DNA of 64,000 bases from Vicugna vicugna. Lineage: Eukaryota. The stretch lies in contig MU058366.1 of the NCBI GenBank assembly GCA_013265495.1, positions 161,694 through 225,693 on the forward strand, written 5' to 3'. The position numbers were made by a program, and so were the translations under genes. A model generated the notes under the pieces. The model searched no databases, was not told the origin of the DNA, and was given only the letters and a program-made list of their open reading frames with translations. Each line of letters begins with the position of its first letter. Position 1 is the stretch's first letter. Positions 11,717 through 25,319 of this stretch are shown here, in pieces.

Positions 11717-14203
11717 GGGACAGAGGACCTTAGTTCGGGGGCCAACCCTCAAAGCCAGCACACTGAGGCTGGAGCATACTGAGTTTGAATCAGTAACTGG
11801 GGGGCAGACCACAGTCATTGGTATTGGGGTGCATGTCCAGAGCTCAGCATGGGACCTGGAGGGTAGGTAGGAGTTGAGATCGTGGGGTTGGGGGTGAGAT
11901 GATCCAAAGAGAGTGTGATGAGGAAGAAGGAAAGGGACCTAAGACAGAACTTGGCAAAGGACAGCGAAGCGTTTTCTCTATTTGCAATGGAGAGCTGGTT
12001 GCACTGTCAGGACCCAGGGTGTGTGTTCCAGAGTTTTGCTCATGGTTATTTAAGTGACTGAGGCTAGAGTGCTCTGGGTAGAAGTCTTAAAAGGAACCCC
12101 CCTTTCCCCACTGAAGACCTTCTCCACAGTTCTTTCTCTGAATATAAGTAGCCACTTGTTCAGAACCTGCAGAGAGAGTGGAGAAATACACACCATAGAG
12201 AAGCAAAAGGAAACCAGCTCTTTCTCAGTTGGCCGCTGGCAGCTTTCACCACCAGAGTGTCTCTGCATCCACTCGCCTCTAGATCATCACAGTCACCACT
12301 CAAATCTGGTTTTATTTTCTGAGACATTAATATGAGGAATCCATCACCAATCTCAGTAGGACACATGGCCTGCAGAGGTGGTATTCCTGTATTTCCATAA
12401 GGAAGACAGTCCTATCTGGTTGTCTTTTTGTGCCTTAATACCTGCAGCCCCTATTTGAGGGACTGTTCTCGGCCTACTAGAGACCCTTATCTTTGTACTT
12501 TAGAGATCTAGGAGTTTCTGGAAATTGGCACCCCATACCCCTTATACAGGAGAGGCAGCAGTGGGGACTCATGGAGGCTCTTGGGGGCTATCACACGGCC
12601 ATTGGCTTTTCTTCTGAGCGATCACTCTGGCAGCTGGATTGAGAACAGACTGTAGGGTTGAGGACAGAATCAGGGAGAGCAGGGGAGAGATGACAGGGGA
12701 GGGGGGCAGGGGAGGGGTATATTCCGAAGGTAGAACCAGCAGGGTTTTCGGATGGATTGGTTTTTCGACAATGGAGGTGTCATATAGTGTGGAGGGAACA
12801 GATTTAGCCTTTTGATGGCTCTTTAGTTTCTTTCTGATTTTTACCCATTAGAAATAATGACATTAGCATCATTGTGTACATGGTGGAAAATTTTGGCCAA
12901 TCTGATGGGCAAAGATATCATAGTTTTACTCAGCAATTTCTAGATATATGATTTGGGGCCATTGGTTTCTTCCATGAAATGCTTCTTTCTTTTGCATTTT
13001 TCCTATGAGGTCATTTATATTTATCTAAGTGTTTTCATAGAAGCTCTTTCTGGACTTGGTTTCTTAAATTGTAGCTCCCTACAAGTTCTTTATTTCAACT
13101 TTGCTCAAAGAGTCTCTCACCACGGAGATTTTTGAATGTTTGGTAAGCAAATCTGTACATCAGTTCCTTTATAGTTTCTGATTTGTTTGGTATCTCGCAG
13201 TATAGTCATGTAACAATTAACCATCAAAGATGAAAAGCAAATGAAATGGAGAAAAATCTGTTTTATAATGTTGGCGTGGGGCAGGCCTCCCATCTTGTGT
13301 TATGCTGGGGTAGTGCTGAAGGGACAGCAGGAATCACAGTGGGTGTCCTTCTGGGGTGGAGCACCCCTCCTGGTCCTGGTCCGTCCCCCGCCCCTTGTAC
13401 TGGGAGCACAGGGGCCACGGCCTGCAGTGAGTGTCATCAAAGTTGGGGGTCCTTCCCTTGCAGGTTGGTGCCTGAAAGTGCCTGAAAATGCGGTAGCTTC
13501 CTGCCAAGTAGTGCCTGTCAAGTGTGTGGGTAAAAGCCTTCTTCTTCACTGCCCAGGCCGGGCCTGCCCCTTCCATCCATGACACTGCAGCTGCAGGGCT
13601 TAGCAAAGCCTTCTGCTAGAGACCTTCTATTTGGGTAGCTCAACTTCTCTTGCCTTCTTTCCACATAAGAAGTTGGCCTGGCTTTATCTCCATTTGCCAG
13701 CACGGTCCCCTGACGGGCTGCTGTGCTGTCCCCTCCCAGGCCTCCTTTTCTGTAATTGTTTCGGTTCATCACCACCAGTTCCTATTTCACAAGAAGCAAG
13801 GCTGTTACATTGTGGCTTTCAGCGCTGACAAGAAGTCAGTGGTTTGGGGTCTTTGGCTGTGAGTGTGGTGTAACTCGAAATTAAACTGAAGTTTGAGTTG
13901 TAATTGCACCCCACCCAAATTTTCACACCAAGTGGGAATTCTAACATTGCCTGGCCCAAAAGCAGTACGCACTTCAAAGCCTTAGACCCGAAAATGTGAT
14001 TCTGATCAATGTAAATATGAAAGAAATGAAAAGCATTGTCGGAGAATTTCCTCCAATACCAACACCAGACTCAGAATGTTTCTATCTTTGAGATCTTCGG
14101 AACTTTAGAGACCAGATAACTCTCATACTCTTTAAACTATTTAGGCACAGAAAAAGATGCAAACTTTTTCAATAATCCTGATACCCAATTCATAAGAAGA
14201 TCA

Positions 14204-14420
14204 CAGTACAACAAATAAAACTATAGACCAATCTCAGTACAACAAATAAACCTGTAGACCAATTTCAGTACAACAAATAAACCTGTAGACCAATCTCAGT
14301 ACAACAAATAAACCTGTAGGCCAATCTCAGTACAACAAATAAACCTGTAGACCAATCTCAGTACAACAAATAAAACAACAGCTCAGTCTCAATACAACAA
14401 ATAAAACTCTATATCCATCT
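14204..14420 (+). repeat. Minisatellite, 7 x 31 bp (CAGTACAACAAATAAACCTGTAGACCAATCT)
   Basis: Seven head-to-tail copies read directly; internal copies nearly identical, last two diverged. Confidence 0.95.
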
Positions 14421-16324
14421 CACTTAATGGAGATATGAGAAACTAATTCCAGATGTGTTGTATTTAAATAGAAGAAAATGAAATGTAATTTCTGGAAGAG
14501 AATGTTATCGAATCTCTGTCTGATCTTGGGGTTGGGAAACCTTTCTAAACATGAGAGCAGACCAAAAAGTGTAAAGGAAAAGACAGATTATTGCTGTATG
14601 AAAAGAAAACATTTTGGCTCATTCATCTATCCATTCAGTCCTTCAACAGATATTTAGTGAGCATCCTGTGTATGCCAAGCACGACTTTAGGCATTGGTGT
14701 TTCAAAAAACAATATTAAGCTTAGAAGGCAAATGACAAATATGAAAATGTTTGCCTCATATGTGGCAAAGAGTTCATATCCTTTAGCTCTATCTCAATCA
14801 TGAGAAAAAGAGCAACATGCCAATTGAAAAATGGGCAAAATATATGAACAGAAGTTTACAGAATAAGATCTGCAAAGGCCTCCCTGTTAGACCTTGGGCA
14901 AACACAGGTGTAAACAGCAGGCTTTTGTGACTTCAGACTTTCTCAGAGAAAGAAAGTGACATATTCCTGAGTACATGTTTATATAATTCCCCTCCATGAA
15001 ACTCATCAAAAAGAATGAAAACAATCCCAAATAGGGCAGGGAAATCCAAGCAAGCCATGGAAAGACCTCACCTCCGCCCTGGAAGGGCGGTGTCTGAAGG
15101 GTTCCAGTGAAGGCTCCTCCACTCGGAAACAAGGGACAATGAGGAGAGCAGGAGGGGGGTTTGAGGCAAGAGTGGGGTGCAGACTAGAGAAGCATCTTAG
15201 GATGATGGTCTGCGTGCCCCAAGGCCTGCCTGACTCTAGTGCTGCATAGAAGCTGAGCCTCATTAGTGTCGGTGCTGGCCCTGGACCATGGCTCATCAAT
15301 TCACTCAACCAACGCGTCTGCATCCTGATTCGCACATGGGTTCCTGGGATGCAGACATACATTCGGCTCAGCAGGGAGGAGGCCAAGGGAATTTGCCTTG
15401 AACTATAAACAATAAAGGGTTCTTCCTTCCAACAGACACATGTGCTTTGAGCCAGTAATGAAACCAAGTTGACATGGAGGCCATTCTCTTCCTATCCGGG
15501 TACTCGCGGCTAAGTCTGCAGGCAGGTGCCCTCTGGGATCTGAGCTTCTCTGCTGCTGAGCAGGAGCTTAAATAAACACTGATGTCCTGTGGTCTCTTGG
15601 GCAGAGTGGCTTCTATTGATTCAGAGTCTCGTGCTGGCCAGAGGCTGGGAGGCGGTTTTAGCAACTTCCTCCAACCAGAACAGCGCTGGGAGCGGGAACC
15701 CCTCCTCCTGCCCGCCGTCCTCACCTCCTTCCCTCCCGCCCTCTGGCCCCAGCTCACATGCAGAGACATCTGTACTTTGGGGCAATGAATAGATGGCAGG
15801 GTTTTCTTTGTACACTCTGCTGTAGTGCCACATTTTTAGAAAGCCTTTCCAGAGGCCAGTGTTGGGTAAATGTCAACCTCTGTTTTTTCAGTGCTGTTAT
15901 AATTTCCTTACTTCAATGTAAGACTTCAGTTCTGGTGGAATTTATTTTGATTATATGTGCAATGAGATAGACCCTTATTTCATCAAGGTTGCCTGCGCCC
16001 TTTCGGCGCCAGGCACTACTGGGACACCAGAAGGCTTTCCCTCAGTATTAAACCTCAGCTATCTTATATCTAATCATGCAAGAGACTAGGTTTTCCAAAT
16101 GCTTTCCAAACTCGTGTCTTTCAGGAAAAAGAGCAGGAAGACCTCTTGCTGGACAGTGAGCTCATGTGTATAAAGGGGTACTGCACTTTCTCCTTTTCTA
16201 GACCTTTTGTCCTCGGCTTGGGAACCCAAATACACACCCTCCTTACTTCCTCTGGGGATGTTCTGAGCCCCTGGACCTGCATGTCTGTAGTCAGTGGACT
16301 GCAGCCAATGATCTCCCTGTGGCA

Positions 16325-16530
16325 GGTGGTTAAGATCCGGGGTCCTCGAGTCGACGATGCGAGTTCCACCCGGTGTGCTTCTCTGTGCCTCAGTTCCCTC
16401 ACATGTATACAGTGGTATAAAGGGTATGGACCCCACAGGATCCATGTGCAGCTTAAATGATTTAATGTAACCCATCCAAGGCACTTAGAACTGTTCCTGG
16501 GACATGGAATTATTATTATATTCAATATTC
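16325..16530 (+). mobile_element. MIR SINE remnant
   Basis: GTGGTTAAGA... and CTCTGTGCCTCAGTTCCCTCACATGTA core, ...GGCACTTAGAAC. Confidence 0.7.
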
Positions 16531-17751
16531 TTGTCATAGTGACCTGTGACCCTTACCTATGGGTATACGTATGGAGGGACCGGGGCTCTGTCAGGGCATC
16601 CTGTTGCTTTCCCGTTGTTGACGGAGACAGTCCTGGGAGCCCTCCCCACTGTGTTCACGGGTATGAGGCTGAGATTATTTTCATGTTTTTGTAGTAAAAT
16701 ATACATAACAGAATCTTGAGCACTTTAATCAGCGGTATTTACGTTTCACGAATCTGGGCCACACATTCTTCGTCAGGACTTTCTGCCTCTGTTGACAAGC
16801 CATGGAAGCGGGTCCTGTGGGCCAGGCCATGTCCAGGACAATGACAGGAAGTTATTCCACACCTGGGACAAGTCCCAGCTTGATCTGGTAGCCAGCAGAA
16901 GGTTACAGGCCATCAAGCTGAAGGGTCACCTGCTCCTGGAAATTCCTGACGCACTTCCCTGGTGTCCCAGGGCTTTCGTGGTCCCCCTTGGCAAGGAAGT
17001 AGAAGGCGGGGAGAAAATAGGACATTCACCAGAATTTCATTTCTTCAGGGATGTTCACCTTTCACGACACATCACCACACCCCAAACTTCTGGAGTGTTT
17101 TCAAGGTGAAACCCCGGGAAGAAGATGGGAGCTGGGCATCGATGAAGTTACCGAAAATCTCCAAGTTGTTACCAAATGCTTTCTCTCATCTCATGTTCTG
17201 GGACCACATCCAAGATTCCTGGGGGCCTTAAACCTGACAGTCAGGGGTTGAGTCGTTAGGTTTTCTAAACACTAAGTAACATGTACGGAGTATATGTCAA
17301 CAGCAACGCGACAGCCAGAAAAACAAGATGAGGGAGACCTGTTCTAGTCAGAATGACAGAAAGATGTGAAAGGAAATGAAAAGTCCATAAATCAGACAAG
17401 AGCCAACCTTCTTCCTCTTTCCTTTCTTCCCCCGGTGTCTTCTGGACTCCAGAGAAGAATGTTTTTTAGGCAAAGGGACAGAAATGTTCCACTCTAGAGC
17501 TAAATGAGGGGAAACTGCTTTGACAATTCTGTGTCCTAGAACCATCTTTGCTGAACATGCTCTGACATGTGACTGTGAGGATACTAAGCTCTGTCACTGG
17601 GTTTCCACCCAGACCCTCCCAGGGAGCAGCCAGCTCAGAAACCTGCCTGGTAAAGGGTTAAGATATGGTACTAGGTCACCAAGCAAGTCTAAGGGCACAA
17701 TCACACTTCCTCCTGTGGCTCTGTTTTCTTTCTTCTTTACTTTCAACTGAT

Positions 17752-18202
17752 TTTTTTAAAAATTGAAGTATAGTCATTTACAATATGTCAGTTTCTGATG
17801 TACAGCATAATTTTAACTTTTTTTTTTAAAAAGTTTGTTTATTTGTTTTCGGGGAAGGTAATTAGGTTTATTTATTTATTTATTTTAATTTATTTTATTT
17901 TTATATGTACATTTATTTATTTATTTATTTATTCATTTATTTATTTTAACTTTTTTTATTGAGTTATAGTCATTTTGCAATGTTGTGTCAGATTCCAGTG
18001 TAGAGCACAATTTTTCAGTTATACATGAACATGCATATATTCATTGTCACATTTTTTCCCTGTGAGCTACCAGAAGATCTTGTGTATAATTCCCTATTTA
18101 TTTATTTTTTAAATTATGTTTTTGATGGAAGGACTGGGGATTGAACCCAGGACCCCATTGCATGCTAGGCCCATGCTCTACCACTGAGCTATACCCTCCC
18201 CC
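17752..18202 (-). mobile_element. tRNA-derived SINE (camelid Vic-1-like) with two short L1 3' ends nested in its tail; 14-bp TSD
   Basis: TACTTTCAACTGAT at 17738-17751 and 18203-18216; head GGGGAGGGTATAGCTCAGTGGTAGAGC on minus with B-box GGTTCAATCC. Confidence 0.85.
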
Positions 18203-19879
18203 TACTTTCAACTGATCTTAATTCAAGTTCTTAAATTAAAGAGTGTTCTTGAACCGTGAAAGGGAAGCCATGAAGAAGACACTTCTTTTTCTGGAAAATT
18301 AACTGCCTTGACTGCTTCAGAAGATTATAAATACCAGTTGAGAAAGCATCAGTGAAGCTCACTGTGCTTGTTCCATTTGGGGGACTCTAAGCGCTTGATA
18401 ACATTGTGCAATAATCGTACGTGCCCAGTCATGAACCAGAGCCTGCGGTTCGGCTTAGACCCCTCCCTCTCCCTCCATGTCTCCCTCTCAAGCTTCATCG
18501 TCTGTCACTCCAACCTTCCTGGCAGTCACAAGTTCGTCCAGGTGGTACATTTCATCACAGCACTTGGCCCATGAGATTGTTGTGAGAATTGTAAGAGCAG
18601 GGCCTGGGTAGCACTCATCTCTGTATCCCCCGCACACATCCCATTTGATAAAGGTCTTTTCACTGCAGCATTGAGTGCATTTATATTTAATGTAACTATT
18701 GACACATTTGTATTGAAACCAGGCATCTCACTTTGCACTTTTGATTGGCCCCGCCTCTTCTAGGTTTCCTCCTCTCTACTTTCTTGACTTCTTTTGGATT
18801 GTTCATCTTTTTGTAAACTTACTTAGAAATTTAATTAGATCCCCAGGAGGTTGGAAAGAAATAAGAGCTACTGCGCATTTCACCTGCTGTATGTGCGTGC
18901 GTGTATGTTTGTGTGTGTGTGTATGTGCAATTTCATCACGTGTGTAGATTCATGTGACCACCACTGCAATCAGTATACCGAGCTGTTCCAGTACACGGGT
19001 TACTCTTGGTAACCCCTTACAGTCACTGCAGTCAGTCACATGGTCCACAGTAGTGCACTGTTCCCGATGCCGGAAGTATTTCAGGGACCAAGACAAGTGA
19101 TGTTCCTGTCGTAACCCAGCCTACGGGCTAGATCACCACAGGCTGAAGTCCCAGGAGAGCTGGAGGCCAGCTGGTGTTCGCTGGCTGTGTCTTTGTTCTG
19201 CAGTAACTTCAGCTGCCCCTCAGACTAGGTCCACTTGCGACTCTGTACCTCCGTTTACCTGTCAGAGGGAGCGGTCGGACACAATTGGAAGGCTTTTCAC
19301 ACCAGATCCAGGCCTCACTGTCCGTAGATTCTTAGCAACCAACGGCAGGTTGCCGACCCATCCTGTGCACATGCGAAGGAAATGATTTCATAGCTTTGGG
19401 ATTTCACTAGTGCAGAGGGGGCAGGGGGCCAATTCTGCTGGAACAAAGGGACAGTGAGCACTCTTGCCAGAAAAGCAGTTCAAATCAGAGGTGTCTCTTT
19501 ACAAGCCTCAGAGACACTCAGGATGTTTCTCAGCTCATGTCAGTGTCTTTCGACCGTGGATACAAGCCAGATGGGCTACTTCAGTTTTATGGGAGTGAAT
19601 TTTGGAGGCTGAGAAGTGAAGCTTGCTCTAACCCAGCCAGGTTTATTTTCTTATGTAAATGGAATTGAGTGCAGGAATAAAGTGCTCAAACTTCTAACCT
19701 TTGTCCCTTGTAGTCTTCAGCCTTGAAAGCCTGTTTTATTAACCGATTGAAGCGCCTAACTTCCAGCTGAGAGACTGCTTCTATCTGGCTCACTGTCCCA
19801 GCCCCAGTCCCAGCACATAAATGCGTGGCAAGTCCATCCGGGTGATGAGGTTTGTTATGAGCCCATACAGCTAGTCATG

Positions 19880-20630
19880 TTTTTGAAGAGGAGTGCTTAG
19901 TGAGCAGCCGTCCTGGGCCAGGCACCAGGGAATGAAGCAGAGATCGAGGCAGGCAAGGACTCCGCTGACACGAGAAAGAAAAGCCCTAGGTACTGAAAGT
20001 AGTGCACAGGGCACTAAGACAGGGTGAGAGGTGGAGAGGGACTATACGGTTGATTAGTGGTGGAGAGTGGTAGGGTCGGCCGCCTTCGTGTGGATGATCA
20101 GTGGTCTCTCTGAGGAGGTGACAGTTATCTCAGTGACAGGAAGCTGAGATCTGAATGACAGCTGTGCAGATATCTGGTGAAAGAAGGAACAAGTAGGGCA
20201 AAGGCCCCGAGATGGAAATGAGATACATGTTCAGGAAAAGCAAAAAGAACAAGAGAAAAAAAAAAGAACAAGCAAGTACAGTCAACAGAACTTGCAAGGA
20301 TCACTCTCCAAATACCAAAGAGTTGGGTTTAGAAAATGGATAGATGGCCATACTGTTTCCTGAGGTCCTGGAAGGCTGCAAGAGGAGTAGGTTTGAGGCA
20401 TGTGCAGTGAGGAGCTTGGTTTGGGGCACATTAAGTTTGAGAGACCTCTTAGATGTGTAAAAGTAGAGATGCCACATGGTTGGTTACATGGATCTGAAGT
20501 TCCCGGGAAAGATCTGGGCTGGAAACATAATTGTGTAAATCAGCATCAAATGGATGGTAATTAAGAGAAATGGTACCAGATGAAGGCACACAGGGAGAGT
20601 GGGTAGTTCAATACGGGAGGACAGCCCAGA
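19880..20630 (-). mobile_element. L2 LINE remnant
   Basis: GAGGAGGTGACA, GGGCAAAGGCCCCGAGATGGAAATGAG, TTTGGGGCACATTAAGTTTGAGA motifs. Confidence 0.7.
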
Positions 20631-21919
20631 ATAGTGTGTGTGCATGTGTGCGTGTGTACACGTCACATTTCTGATGAGAGAAGGTCCGTGAGTTTCATCG
20701 TGTTCTCTAAGGGGTTCACAACCATGAAAGGTTAGGAATTCACAGTGGTTCTGAGATAGACGTCTTCCATTTGTTTTTGATGATACACCTGCTTAGAGAT
20801 GTTTCATGAAACTGCCTTTGATCTCTGTCTACCCTGAGGCTCCAGGTAGATTTTGTGTCCACATTGCCTCTTGACTTCTACCCTCTTGACATGCCTGATC
20901 AACTTCTTCCTTTCCCCTCATCCTTGGCCAGTTACCTTTACAAAGGGGGCTGCCTCTGTGCATCACAATCTGTAGAGATGCTTGTTACAAACGCACATTC
21001 CTGGGCCCCAAGCCAGGCCTGCTGAATGAGGCTTACTGGAGGTAACGCCCAGAAATGCACACTTTCAGCAGCTTCGTGGGTCTTCTATTCATCCCCCACC
21101 CCCACACTGTTCCTTGCTGTGCTTCAGGCTCACAGACCACTTCTCCAGTGTCTAATGTGTTGTTCTGACTGTCCAGTGAATTCTTCATTTCACATACGCT
21201 ATTTTCACTGCCACAAGTTCCATTTTGTTCTGTATAGATCTTCCATTTGTCTCTTCACCATGTACACGTTTTCCTGTAGATGTCCAACATTATAATGACT
21301 GTTTAAAGAAATATTCTCCGCTTCTTATGTCACCTCTGTCATTTTTAGGTCTCTGTCTATGGACCGATTTTTCTCCTGATTATGAGCCACATTTTCCGAC
21401 TTCTCTGCATTTCTAGTAATTTGGGGGGGGCATGCTTTACATCAGAAATATATTGTTGAGTGGCTGGATTTTGTTGTCTTCCTTCAAAGAGTGTTGAATT
21501 TTGCTTTGGCGAGCAGTTCAGGACCTTGAATTTCAGCGTGACCACTACAGGGCTTCTTAAAGCTTTCTGAAAGCTAGTTTGGCCTACTCCTAACTAAGGT
21601 GCAGCCTTTCTGTAGCCTCTGCTGAACGGTCCAGGTTTCTCCACTGTAGGCGGTCAGAACTCAAACATCTCCCAGCCCCGTGTGCGCTCTGGTGCTTGCT
21701 CAGTGTGTGCGTGTCCAGTGGTTGTTTCTGGATTTGCCTCACGGGGCTTCACCCCACTCACGTGCATGTTAGTGTTCAGCTGGAGTCTCAGCAGGAAATC
21801 CCCATGGAGATTTCTGGAGCCCTTTCTGTACAGAGCACCCCCCTCTTCGGTGCTTTTCCCTGCAGATTTCAACCACCTCAACCACTTAGAATTCTGATCT
21901 GTCTTCTCAGCTCTGCCAG

Positions 21920-22177
21920 ATTGCTGTGTGGGCGGGGGTTCCTTCTAGACGTGTCTTCTCCCTGTGTCTTCTCATTGTCTTTCCTCGGTGTGTGTCTGTG
22001 TCTCCAAATTTTTCCTGTTGATCAGGGCACCGGTCACCTTGGATTAGGGCCCACTTTCATGACGTCATTTTAACTTGGTAAAGACTCTGTCTCCAAATAC
22101 AGTCACACTCTGAGGTCTTGAGGGTGAGGACTTCAGCATATGAATTTGGGGGCAGGGACACAATTCAACCCATAACA
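21920..22177 (-). mobile_element. MLT1 (MaLR) LTR fragment
   Basis: Ends GACTTCAGCATATGAATTTGGGGG...GACACAATTCAACCCATAACA, the reverse complement of the MLT1 5' terminus. Confidence 0.85.
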
Positions 22178-25100
22178 GGGAAATTCAGATTCAAGTACTA
22201 AGGTGGTAGCACTTTCCTCAGCCTTTACACAGCACTGCCTCACCCTCACAAGCACTTGGACCTTTGTTTAACCTGGTGGGTGACTATCAAGAAACCACAT
22301 GGCAGGTGTTTGTAAACTGTGGAATCAGCACGTGCCTTTGCTCTCAGAAGGAGGAGATGCACTTATTCCTCTAACAATTCCATCCAAGCAAACAGGCCAA
22401 GGATCTAGACACATCTTCCTAGAGGAGTTCGGTTTGAGCCTCCTGCGTGTTCAAGAGACGAGCACAAACACTTTTCCACAAGGTTACAGGATGTTGCACG
22501 GCTTTGCTGCTGAAGGTGGTACTGCCGGGGTGGCAGTGAGTCACCCTGGTGGCTGTGGCAGGAAAGGCTGATGGGAAACCAATCTTCTTTTGATGGTCAG
22601 GGCTAGAGAAGCCCTCGGAGCCCATCCGTGTCGGGGGGCAGGGGGAGCGCTTTCTTCTTATTATTTATCTGTTGAAGAGCCTGGGCCTTTGTCCAGAGAA
22701 CTTCCCACCATCTGGCTTTGTTTCTCTGCCTAAGTTATCAACTGCGGATGCTGACTGCCAGGACCTCCTCATTCACTGGGGAGAGCAAATGGTGATGCTC
22801 TAATGCCATCCTTCATCTTCCTTTATCAGGCAGAATACATTTATAAAAAGGTGTCTCCCTTCATGTGCCCACTGGGACAGCTTAACTAGGAAAGGCAGGG
22901 TCAAATAATGAAGTGGTTTCCTGGCATCCTCTGAGGATGACAGATTCTTTTTTTCATTTTTAATATCACGATGAACTCATGGGTTTAAACATATTTGATG
23001 GATTTCGAGCCACTGTAATTATTATATTGATTCAAACTCAAATTCTCCCGTCTTCAGCCACTGGGAGCTGTTTCATTGGGAAGAGCTGTGGCACTGGCTG
23101 ATTGCTTTCAAGAGTCTTTGTCACATGTCTCTCACTTCCAGAAGCCCAGAAGCCTGGTTCCACCTACTTAGCAAAGCGCTCCAAGAAGTATGTCCCCTTA
23201 CACAGGCCTCTCAGCCATCACGTTCCCCTGGAGGGGGCCTTCCATGGATTCCCCTGCCATTCATTCAACAACATCCTAATATGCTGGACACCGTGCAGAC
23301 ACTGGGGAAGCGGAAACGAACCAGCCACAGGCCCGGCCACGCACAGTCTGGCGGGCAGCAGGGGAAGCGGGCAGATGGACACAGAGACGCAAGATGAGTG
23401 CTGTGACACTCTGGAACCCACAGGCAGGGACTTCTTGGAGCGCTCTGCTAAGTAGGTGGAACCAGCCTTCTGAGCTCCGTTAGGGCCCGACTCTAACTCC
23501 CTTGTCCAGCTCCTTGTCCCCCCAACACTGTTATTAAAGGCTAAGAAATCTGTTTCTATGGAACTAAGAGGAGTTCACTTGAAACTTGTTTCAGCACCCA
23601 GTTTGACTTCCTCTTTCAGAATCATTCTTGGGAAGTACAACAACTTCCTGTTCACGTTTCCCTGCCAGAGTGGCCTTGGGAAAGCTTGGGGTGCCCCAGG
23701 CTCCGCAGAGCTTATGAACATGCTGTTATTTATCCCATCTGAAAAACAAGGTCTTAATCACACGGCTTTGTCCCTCTTCCAAGTGGTCACGTCTCTCCTC
23801 ATGGCTTTATGCAGTCGCTAAAGGCAGAACCCAGCCCAGGCTCGCCTGCCTGGCACTGTTCTTCTTCCCTGTTCCAGCCCAGCATGGAGCCACCACCTCC
23901 CTCTTATTCTGAGCCGTGTTGCAGGTCATCAGTGACGAGTGGCCTTCCCATCTTCAGAGATTTGTCAGATTTCTCTGCTGCCTCAGATCTCATGCTCCCT
24001 GGGCAGGAAGGGCGCTGAGAACACTCCAAGAGGTGGCTTTTCCTTTGCCCCTGGCCTCCTGGGGAAAGCTGATGGGCTTATAAATGTGTCAGGTGTAGAT
24101 GAAGCTAAAAAGATACACAAAACTTCCCATCTAGTGGTCACCAAGCCTCCTAGTGGAACCTCGCACTTCCTGCTGTCACACAGGCCACTGGCCGGGAGAG
24201 CAAACCTCAGAGCTATAAATCTCTCCACTTGCATTCACCAACTGCACCATGGAGCATCTCTGATGGAAGAAAGCCCTGCGGCTGGCCCGGCAGCAGGGCC
24301 TCCTTGTCTGAGCGTCTGAACATAGGGAGAGAGGGACTCGAGGTGGGGCCTCCTTCATCCTTTCTGCTTTGCAAGGAAATTTACAGAAACTGAGGACTCT
24401 TCACTATAGTGGGGCTGTTCTCAATTGCAAATACTGCTTTCCTGAGGCCTCATACCCAAGGCCTGATGGTCTTCGGGACTTGGCTCTTTTCAAGATTCAT
24501 GCAGCACTAAGGGAAGTTCCTTCCAATTGTTACTGTTTCTCAGCAGGGGACCGACAGATTTTGGCCAGATAGTTACTGCCACCCCCAACCCCTTCAGCTT
24601 CTAGGACAAGGAAAACACATGTATTTTCAGGTGCCCCTAGGGCAACTCAAGTCCTTGCTGAGAAACACTGGCTTCCATCATTCCATCCCATTTCTCTGAA
24701 CCTCAAAGTCATACATCAGATGGATGTAAAAACAGTTAACCTTTCCCAGAGGGGATAGTGTTGGAGGTTAAATAGGTTATGGGACAACACTTCAAAAACA
24801 GTGTTTCACATAGGAAGTGTAACCAGCCACATTACTTAATTGTCTCAGAAATCTACTTGTGTTTTACTCACCATTGAGGGCCTTATAGAAAAGACAGTCA
24901 TATCGACCTCAGAGAATGCTAATCTTCTCTCCTCTCCAATGGATGTGATTTTTCTTTTGTGTTGAGCAATTCTCTACAGGGTAAATAACAATGTTGGGTG
25001 GCACTGACCACAGCAGACACTTGTGATTAGCATCTGATTTTAATGTATGATATTGGCTTTGGGATTGAGACAGTGGTAAGAAAGCTTCCTTCTTGTTCTT

Positions 25101-25226
25101 TTTTGGTGGTGGGGGTGTGTAATCAGATTTTTGTTTCTTATTTTTTTATTAACGGAGGGACTGAGGATTGAACCCAGGACCTCGTGAATGCTAAGCACAG
25201 CCTCTACCACTGAGCTACACCCTCCC
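25101..25226 (-). mobile_element. tRNA-derived SINE (Vic-1-like)
   Basis: GATTGAACCCAGGACCTC...TCTACCACTGAGCTACACCCTCCC; TSD-like TCTTG(T/C)TCTT at 25091 and 25227. Confidence 0.85.
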
Positions 25227-25319
25227 TCTTGCTCTTCATCGTTAAGATTTTTTTAAAAGCATGGGTATACTCAAATTTGGATTACATGCCTTTGCGGCAT
25301 CAATTGTGAGACTCGTATA

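Noticed and set aside
14204..14420. 31-bp repeats as a CRISPR-like array
   Set aside because: No unique spacers, head-to-tail tandem copies, mammalian context.
16335..16445. Clustered XhoI/SalI/BamHI sites suggesting vector polylinker
   Set aside because: They lie within a decayed MIR; chance occurrence.
18120..18202. tRNA-like A/B boxes (also ~25150, ~25980, ~47395) as tRNA genes
   Set aside because: SINE heads with A-rich tails and, in several cases, TSDs; no intact cloverleaf.
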